Of a stretch of DNA of 64,000 nt, positions 54,921 through 64,000 are shown one piece after another. The DNA is from Felis catus (lineage: Eukaryota): the NCBI RefSeq assembly GCF_018350175.1, contig NC_058368.1, forward strand, positions 73,472,001-73,536,000, in the 5' to 3' direction. The first letter of the stretch is position 1; each line of letters opens with the position of its first letter. Both the position numbers and the translations under genes were made by a program. The notes beneath the pieces are model-generated. The model did not search any database and was not told where the DNA came from. It saw nothing but the letters and a program-made list of their open reading frames with translations.

Positions 54921-55168
54921 TTTATTTTTATTTTTATTTTTATTTTTATTTATTTATTTTTTTTTTCAACGTTTATTTATTTTTGGGACAGAGAGAGACA
55001 GAGCATGAACGGGGGAGGGGCAGAGAGAGAGGGAGACACAGAATCGGAAACAGGCTCCAGGCTCCGAGCCATCAGCCCAGAGCCTGACGCGGGGCTCGAA
55101 CTCACGGACCGCGAGATCATGACCTGGCTGAAGTCGGACGCTTAACCGACTGCGCCACCCAGGCGCCC
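54921..55168 (-). mobile_element. Very young SINEC_Fc copy
   Basis: CpGs retained, long patterned tail, perfect TSD CAACCCTACCTTTT. Confidence 0.93.
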
Positions 55169-55182
55169 CAACCCTACCTTTT

Positions 55183-55196
55183 TTTAAAGAAAAAGT

Positions 55197-55235
<39 letters not shown>

Positions 55236-55430
55236 GAGAGCACGCACAAGAGAGAGAGCACAAGCAGGAGAGGGGTAGAGAGAGGGGGAGAGAGAATCCC
55301 AAGTAGGCTCTGCATTGTCAGCACAGAGTCTGATGTGGGGCTTCATCTCGTGAACTGTGAGATCATGACCTGAGCAGAAATCAAGAGTCAAGAGTCAGAT
55401 GCTTAACCACCTGAGCCACCCAAGCGCCCC
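55183..55430 (-). mobile_element. Older CAN-SINE with (TTTA)n tail
   Basis: Flanked by CA(A/G)CCCTACCTTTT. Confidence 0.9.
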
Positions 55431-56178
55431 TCAGCCCTACCTTTTGTGTTCAAACGCACTAATTTCCTTTTGCTTATGCTTTTGATAAGAATATTCTCTA
55501 TATGTTCCAAATGAGCATTCTTCATAACATCCCACGCTACAGAGAGCTGGTCCCATGGGCACACTTCTATTAAATCTGAGGAAGGAAGCTGTGACAAAGT
55601 AGAAACTAAGCTTGAGATGAAGAGACAAGGGCAGTGCCTGGAGCATTTCTGTCCCCACCACTCCCTCCGATGGACTCCAACACCCTTGGGTCACTACCCC
55701 TTACTTACCAGGGCCCTATGCACCCTACCGCAACCCACCCATGCAGCCCCAATGCCACAAATAATACCTACCTCCGTCCACCACGCTGGCTCTCAGAGAA
55801 AGGCACCAGGACAACAGATCAGTAGAAAGTGCTTTGTTAGGTCATCTGCTAAGAATCAGAGAAATCGACTCCTCAGAAAAGCCCAGTGTGGTCTGTACAG
55901 CCTCAGATACAAGCTTCTCTTTGCGTCTTCCTCCAACATCACTATGACACCAGGAGATGAGGAAGAAAGAGAAGGCTTAAAGCTTTCTGTGAAGAGATCC
56001 ACTGCTAGCACTCCCAGGATTTCTTGAAAACAAGAGAAGTTTCCCAAATGATACTGTTGGGGGTTCCATCTTTGGTGGGGAGGTTCCAGCCAAACCGACT
56101 TTTCTGCAAATAACTATAAACTGCACCAATTCCAAAAAACTCACTCCCCAAAGCTTTGAATGGAAGGAAAGCCTTCCT

Positions 56179-56295
56179 GGGGTGCCTGGGTGGCTCAGTG
56201 GGTTAAGTGTCCTACTCTAGTCAGCTGTACTGACAGCTCAGAGCCTGGAGGCTGCTTTGGATCTTCTCCCCCCCTCTCTGCCCCCCCCCCCCCAC

Positions 56296-56350
<55 letters not shown>

Positions 56351-56378
56351 AATAAGTAAACATTAAAAAAGAAAAAAG
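56179..56378 (+). mobile_element. CAN-SINE, internally deleted
   Basis: TSD AAGGAAAGC(C/A)TTCCT. Confidence 0.88.
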
Positions 56379-56977
56379 GAAAGCATTCCTTAAAAATAAA
56401 GGGAATGGAATATCTTGTAGGATATGTGGAGTCCTTCTTGTAATGAACTCTGTTACCTTAAATTACATGTAGGACATGCCTTACCTTTGCTACTTTCTGC
56501 TCACAGATTTAGAGGGACCACGGCTTTTGTGGCAATCCTTCTTCTGTTATTTCTTATTGCCTTAGAGGTTTTTGTCATTCAATATTTGTATGAGGGGTTT
56601 TATATAACCATTTTCTGTAACCTAAGAAAATTATTCTCACTTCTAATTTTTTAAAAAGTGAATGGGCTGAGATATTGACTAGTGAACATCAGACTGGTTA
56701 CCTGGGGCGGGCTGTGTCTCTTGAGTACTTTTCTATCACTAGCGCCCTGTGGGGTGGGCACACTCAGAACTGGCACCTGCACCCTGTGCCCTCCTGTACC
56801 ACCTGTGCTGGTCTGACTCATCAAGGTCCTGTAAATCTTCAACTTCCTCAAATGCCCTTGGTTGCTATTTAAACTGTTCTGTTTTCTTCCCCAAAGGAAC
56901 TGGTGTAGACTTGAAAATGAGTTTTTCCTGAGACTGACCAGAAGTTAGTGACTACTAACTATAATTGTGATGGATGC

Positions 56978-58060
56978 ACAGCTTTATTGGGATATGATTC
57001 ACACATCATACAATTCACCTGTTTCAAATGTCCAGTTCAGTAGCTTTTAGTATATTCATAATGTTGTGGATTCATCACCTCAATCAATTATAGAATAGTT
57101 TCATTATTACAAAAAGAAACCCCATCATCCCCAACCTCCTCCTCCCTCCCAGCTGTAGGTAACCCACTAATCTAATTTCTGTCACTAGAGATTTGCCTAT
57201 TCTGAACATTTCATATAAATGGAATCATACACTGTCTGCTCCTTTGTGACTGGCTTCATTCATTTAGCATAATGCTTTCAGGGGCCATCTGTGTTGTAGC
57301 ATGGGTCAGTATTTCATTTATTTTTATTGCCCAATATTCTGTAGCATGGATAAACTACATTTTATTTATCTTACTTACCCATTCATCAATTGATGGATAT
57401 TTGGGTTGTTTCTCCTTTTTGGCTATGATAAATAATGCCGCTACGAACATTTGTGTGGACATATGTGTTCATTTCTCGTAGCTGTATACCTAGGAGTGAA
57501 ATTGCTTGATCATATGGTCACTCTGTAAGTGTTTGAGGAACTGTTTTCCAAAGTGACTACACCATTCTGCATTTCCATCAGACGTGTATGAGGGTTCCAG
57601 TTCCACCACATCCTCAACAATCCTTATCGTCTATCTTTTTCATTAGAGCCATCCTGCTGGGTTGACATAGTGTCTTATTGTGGTTTTGATTTGCATTTCC
57701 GAGATGGCTAATGATGCTGAACATCATTTCGTTGTGTTTATTGACCATTTCTACACCGTCTTTGGAGAAGTGACTATTCAGATATTTTGCCTATTAAAAA
57801 AAATTTTTTTTTAATGTTTTTATTTATCTTTGAGGGAAAGAGAAACAGAGCCTGCGTGGGGTGGGCAGAGAGAGAGGGAGATATAGAATCTGAAGCAGGC
57901 TCCAGGCTCTGAGCTGTCAGCACGGAGCCTGATGTGGGGCTCAAACTCACGAACCACGAGATCATGACCTGAGCTGAAGTCAGATGTTTGACTGAGCCAT
58001 CCAGGCGCCCCTAGATATTTTGCCCATTTTTAATTGAGTTGTTTGTATTTTTTTATTATT
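56978..58060 (-). mobile_element. Old L1 (L1MA/MB-type) 3' fragment containing a SINE
   Basis: CAGCTTTATTGGGATATGATTCAC...CATATAAATGGAATCATAC...TGTGGTTTTGATTTGCATTTCC. Confidence 0.85.
57795..58011 (-). mobile_element. CAN-SINE in old L1
   Basis: TSD AGATATTTTGCC. Confidence 0.9.
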
Positions 58061-58351
58061 CTAAAGCATTATTGTAAAATAATTTTTTAATAAAGCAGAT
58101 GGGTGGTGATTGTGACTCTAGGTGTTTAGTAGCTGTAAAATATTCATTGAATGAACCCATGTGAAACATTTGATATATTTCTTAGTCTTTTGTAGTGTCT
58201 AGCGGATTGTTGATGTTTCTTTCTCCTCCTTTTTTTCTTAGGATCCCATTTTGCAGCTCCCAAGTTTCTGTAGGATGCTCTAAACGATTGTCACAGTTGG
58301 TTTTCGAGTAGCAGAAAGAGTTGCAACTTCTCCTTAACAGAACTTTTATAG

Positions 58352-58897
<546 letters not shown>

Positions 58898-59902
58898 TAA
58901 GCTTGCCATTAAGCATGGTTTCCTTTTTTATGCTGCTATACAAGGAACATTGCTATCATGTCTATCACTGTAGTTAAGAAATAACTTTGGGCAGAGGACA
59001 TTTAGTTCATTAATGGCTTGCCACTGGAAACTGCACACATAACCTTAGCATTTTGAGAGCTTTGAAAAATCTAAGAATGCTGTAAAATACCGGTATTGCA
59101 GATAAGTATACAGTGGCTTAGAAATGGTTAATGAGGTGGCTAGAATAACATACCACTATTTTTTAGTTTTGCAGAGACATGAATTCATCTTTCCCAACTA
59201 AACGTTTAGTTTTTTTCTTCTGTATAACTGTGGCTTTTTCCTTTTAAAATTGTTTGAGCACCCAGCAGGGTCTCCAGGTACTACTGACTAGGTTGTGTAC
59301 TGCACAACTTAAGAGGGCGCTATTCACCCAGGGTGCAATACAAAGCCTTCGCAATTGCAGGGTGGTGGCCCTGTGGCAGACACTACTGCTTTTCACTTCT
59401 TTCTTTTGAACTCACAGTAATACAGGATTTTTATGTGGTGGATACTCTTATTTTGTAGGTAAAGAGATTGAGGCTCAGAGAGGTTGAGGTGCTTGTGGAA
59501 AGATGATAGCTAGGAGGAGGTGGAGGTGGGATTTGTATTTTACTTCTAGGCTTCTTTTTGTAAAACCTCCATACTTCTTGTTCGTTTGTCAGCTTGTTTC
59601 CCAGAATGTCATGTAAATTTGTATTCTCAGCGTGTCAGGGGGGTTTCACCTTGTGTCTATATTTACAGGTGATTGGTCTGTAATTTTTTGTAATATATTT
59701 TTCAGGCTGTTGGAATTAGGGCTATGCAGGTCTCCTAAGACAAGTTGGGAAGTGTTCTCTCCTATTTTCTGAGGGCTTTACAGAGGGGTGTAACAAATCT
59801 CTAACTGTGATCATGGAGTTGTCTTGATTCCCATCGATTCTGTCAAGTTTTAGTTTGTCCATTTCATCTAAGCTGCCAATTTTGTTGGCATGAAGTTATT
59901 TC

Positions 59903-60208
59903 TTTTTTTTTTTCTTTTTTAAAGTTTATTTATTTATTTTGAGAGAGCAAGCAAGTGAGAGAGAGAGAGTGAGCACAAGCAGGGGAGGGGCAAAGAGGGG
60001 GACAGAGAATCCCAAGAAGGCTCCACACTGTCAACATGGAGTCTGATGCAGGGCTCACTCTCACCAACTGTGAGATCATGACCTGAGCCAAAATCAAGAG
60101 TCTCACGCTTAACTGACTGAGCCACCTAGGCCCCCCGAAGTAATTTTTAAAATATTTTTAAATGTTTTTTATTTATTTTGAGGGAGGGGGGCGTGGGCAG
60201 GAGAGGAG

Positions 60209-60241
<33 letters not shown>

Positions 60242-60368
60242 TCCCAAGCAGACTTCGAGCTCTCAGTGCAGAACCTAACACGGGGCTCGATCTCACCAAC
60301 CATGAGATCGTGACCTGAACCGAGACCAAGAGTTGGCTACTTAAACAACTGAGCCACCCAGGTGTCCC
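59903..60368 (-). mobile_element. Two tandem CAN-SINEs (59903-60136; 60145-60368)
   Basis: Flanks AAGTTATTT, AAGTAATTT, AAGTTATTT. Confidence 0.88.
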
Positions 60369-60869
60369 TCCCCAAAGTTATTTCTAATAGTCCTTTTTAT
60401 CCCTCTAATGTCTATAGGGTCTTTTAGCAATAATTCTTCTTTCCTTTCCTGATAGTGGTAATTTATGTTCTCTCCCTTTTTCTTCTGGTTAGGGGTGTAT
60501 CAGTTTTGCTCATCTTTTCAGATAACCAGCTTTTAACTTGGTTAATTTTCTCAATTGTTTGTTTTCTATTCTATTGATTTCTGCTTTTTATTATTTTCTT
60601 TCTTCTACTTACTTCGGGTTTACTTTGTTCTTCTTTTTCCAACATTTTGATTCAAGACTTTTCTGCTTCCAGCATTTAGTGCTTAACATGGCTCTGTAAG
60701 TACTCTGGTAGCCACAGCCCACGAAGGTTGATACACTGTATTTTTATTATCATGTAATTTGAAGTATTTTATAATCTCCCTTGTGATTTTTTCTTCGATA
60801 TATATGTTACTGTGAGAAGTATGCTGCTTAATTTCCAGATACTTTGGGGCTTTTTCTAAATAATGATTC

Positions 60870-61102
60870 TTTTAAAGTTTATTTATTTTGAGAGAGAGAG
60901 GGAGTGTGTGTGTGTGCACACCCACACACACGTGAGCAGGGGAGAGGCAGAGGGAGAGGGAGAGAGAAAGAAAATCCTAAGCAGGCTCTGCGCTGTCAGT
61001 CCAGAGCCCTATGCAGGGCTTGATCCCAGGAACCATGAGATCATGATCTGAGCCAAAATCGAGAGTCTGATGCTCAACTGACTGAGCCACCCAGGTGCCC
61101 CA
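60870..61102 (-). mobile_element. CAN-SINE
   Basis: Head, body, tail. Confidence 0.88.
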
Positions 61103-61374
61103 ATATTGATTTCTAATCTATTTCCATTGTGGACAGAGGACATATGAACTTGTCTTTTAAGATGGGCTGACACTTGTTTTATGACCCAACACACAGTCTA
61201 TGTTGGTGAATGTACCGTGTGCATTTGAAAATATGGGTGTAGTGTTGAGTATATTGTTCTAGAAATACACATTGGGTCGAAGTGTTTGTGATTGGGCCAA
61301 AGTGTTGTTCACATCTTCTATGTCATTACTGAATTTTTGTCTTGTTCTCTTCACAGCTGAAAATGAAATGTTAA

Positions 61375-61598
61375 GGGGCGCCTGGGTGGCTCGGTCGGTT
61401 AAGCGGCCGACTTCGGCCCAGGTCACAATCTCGTGGTCCGTGAATTCGAGCCCTGCGTCGGGCTCTGTGCTGACAGCTCAGAGCCTGGAGCCTGTTTCAG
61501 ATTCTGTGTCTCCCTCTCTCTGACCCTCCCCTGTTCATGCTCTGTCTCTCCCTGTCTCAAAAATAAATAAATGTTAAAAAAAAATTAAAAAAAAAAAG
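61375..61598 (+). mobile_element. Young CAN-SINE
   Basis: CpG-rich; perfect TSD GAAAATGAAATGTTAA. Confidence 0.92.
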
Positions 61599-61920
61599 GA
61601 AAATGAAATGTTAAAAATCTCCAGCTATGATTGTTATCTTTTCTGCATTTAATTCTGTTGATTTTTGCTTCCATGTAATTTGAAACTCTATTAATTAGGT
61701 GCACACACAATATGAGTATTATTTCCTCTTGTTGAATTGACCTTTTTTATTGTTATGAAATGTCCCTCATTATTCCTGGTAATATTTCTTGTTCTGAAAG
61801 CTATGTTGTTTGATATTAATCTGGCTACTCCAGCTTTCTTTTGACTAGTGCTTGCATGGTGTATCTTTTCCTGTCCGTTTATTTTCAACTTGTATCTTTT
61901 TATATTTAAAGTGCATCTCT

Positions 61921-62438
61921 CCTGCTCAACCATAAAAAAGGATGAGAATTTGCCATTTGCAACATGGATGGATCTAGAGGGTATCATGCTAAGTGAAATA
62001 GTTCAGACAGGGAAAGACAAATACTGTATGATTTTACTTTAACGTGGAATCTAAAACCTGAAACTAACGAGTAAACAAGCAAACAGAAAGCAGAATCAGA
62101 CCTACAAATACAGAGAACAGAGTGATGGTTGCCAGAGGAGAGAGGGGTGGAGGACAGGCACAATGGGTAAAGGGGTGTGAGAGATACAGGCTTCCAGTTA
62201 GAGAGTGAATGCCTCATGGGAATAAGAGGCACAGCGTAGGGGATACAGTCAAGGTTCTCTAATAGTGTGGTGTGGTGACAGATGGTAGTGACTCTTATGG
62301 TGAGTGTAGCATATAGAGTTGTTGAATCACTATATTGTACACTTGAAACGAATGTAACATTGTGTGTCAGTCAGCTCGCCTCAGAAAAGACATGATTCAT
62401 CTTCCTTTTGATAAAAACTTGATAGCTGAAGAAAAAGA
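61921..62438 (+). mobile_element. 5'-truncated carnivore L1 3' end inserted in the older L1
   Basis: [23 protein letters not shown] plus 3' UTR; candidate TSD TAAAGTG(CA/GG)TCTCT at 61907-61920 and 62439-62452. Confidence 0.8.
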
Positions 62439-62619
62439 TAAAGTGGGTCTCTTAAAGATAAGTATATTCCATGAATTATTTGTTTCAGATTATTGTTTTT
62501 TTTAGTTCCAGAATTTACATTTTTAAAGTAGTTTTTGTTTCCTATCTTGGGTTTCCTATCTTCTCATTCCTTACTGGAAGATTTTATCTATCTCATAAAG
62601 CATAGATATAATATCCACT

Positions 62620-63062
62620 TTCTTTTTTCCTTTCCTTTTCTTTTCTTCCTTCCTTCTTTCCTTTCTTTCATCCTTCTTTTCTTTCTCTTCTTTTTTCTTT
62701 TTTGAGAGAGAGAGGGTGCAAATGAGCAAAGGGCAGAGAGAGAGAGAGAATCCCATGGGGGGCAGAGAGGGAGAGAGAGTGAGGGAGAGAGAGAGAAGTG
62801 GGGCTCACCCATAGCAGGGCTCACACTCACCAACCATGACATCAAGACCTGAGCCAAAGTCTGATGCTTGACTGATAGACCCACCCAGGTGCCCCTGTAA
62901 TATCCACTTTAAAATCCTTATCTGCTGGGGTGTCTGGGTGGCTCAGTCGGTTAAGATCTCAGCTTGACATCTCAGCTCGGGTCTTGACCTCAGGGTTGTG
63001 AGTTCAAGCCCCATGTTGGGCTCTGTGCTGGGTGTGAAACCTACTTAAAATAAGATAAGATA
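62620..63062. mobile_element. Head-to-head CAN-SINE pair (62620-62895 minus; 62926-63062 plus)
   Basis: TSDs TAATATCCACTTT and AATCCTTATCTGC. Confidence 0.85.
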
Positions 63063-64000
63063 GAATCCTTATCTGCCAGTTTTAAAATTTGGGTCATCTT
63101 CGAGTTGGTCTAATCTTTTTTTCTTGAGAAGGTGTCACATTTTCTAGTTTCCTCACATATTCAATAATTTTGGATTGTATGCTGGGTATTGGAAATGTGT
63201 TGATTTTGCATTCTTGTATATTCCTCCAAAGAGTGCTTTATTTCAAGTTTGTTCATTTGTTTGTTTTTAATTTTAGCACCAATAGATTTGGTTTGACTAA
63301 AACCACAAATTCTGTCCCTTAAGGACATTTGAAATCTCTGTCCAATATTTTTTGGCCTTAGCTGTGCTCTTTGGGGTCTGCTCTGTGCACGCATGGTTCA
63401 AGAGTCAGCCTAAGATTGGGGCCAAATTTATGCACAGAATTTGAGTCTCCCCTTTTCTGGCTCTTTTATTTCTGGGGTACCCACCCACCTCACTTTCCAG
63501 TGACAGTGATTGCCCCAAACTCTGTCCCCTTGTTCCTCAAGTCAAAAAGATGGCCGATACTCTACTTTTTGCTATGCTCAGACCTTTCTCTAAAAGGCAG
63601 CGTGGTGAATAGAGGTAGCTGTGTGTGTATGTGTGTTCCTTTTGGTGTCAGAGCTGTATGGTGTGTTGTGGGCCAGGTGGGGAACAGAAGAAGGAATATG
63701 GTGGTGACAGACAGCAGTGGGCAGAGGTTCTTGGGGTTGATGAGATGGGGAGACAGTGTTCAGGCGTGGGTATGTTACGTTCTCCTCTCAAACTTAGCTC
63801 CCACTTTGCCAGAGCTTTCCTCTCTCCCGAGCTGAATGGAATTTTGCCTGTGTGGCAACAGTTGGATTTACCAAGGATGCTTATTTGGAACACACACTTC
63901 TTTAGCCCAGGGGGCTCCGGGGCGTAAAGTTGAAGGGGACAGAGGGCAGGCTTAGGTAGCCTCAGAGGAAAGCGTGTGGGGCCAGACCACCCCAGGGGGT

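Larger units (their letters stand above)
59620..63560 (-). mobile_element. Old fragmented L1M remnant with younger insertions
   Basis: Endonuclease-like ORF 61691-61987 (HHASTSQKKAGVA...EGHFITIK) and T-rich antisense L1 sequence. Confidence 0.65.

Overview
This is mammalian genomic DNA from a felid carnivore, judged from about 45 CAN-SINE/SINEC_Fc copies, one near-pristine. The gene order matches human 13q33.1. It contains the 5' end of CCDC168 (minus strand, three small coding exons; the large last exon is inferred to lie left of the window), all of TEX30 (minus, 225 aa alpha/beta-hydrolase fold), all of POGLUT2/KDELC1 (minus, 10 coding exons, 502 aa ending KDEL), and the first coding exon of BIVM (plus), which shares a bidirectional CpG-island promoter with POGLUT2. 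Between TEX30 and POGLUT2 lie a full-length but decayed L1, nested LTRs that split an old L2, and an HMGN1 processed pseudogene with target-site duplications. I found no evidence of a wholly new biological system. The best leads are a candidate short, single-TM CCDC168 isoform; KDEL-less and +8 aa POGLUT2 splice possibilities; inverted SINE pairs bracketing POGLUT2 exon pairs; two L1 insertions with apparent 3' transductions; and repeated SINE insertion into the same target site. Exon coordinates were read by hand from GT-AG boundaries. Gene and repeat family names come from recognition, not a database search, and repeat boundaries are approximate.
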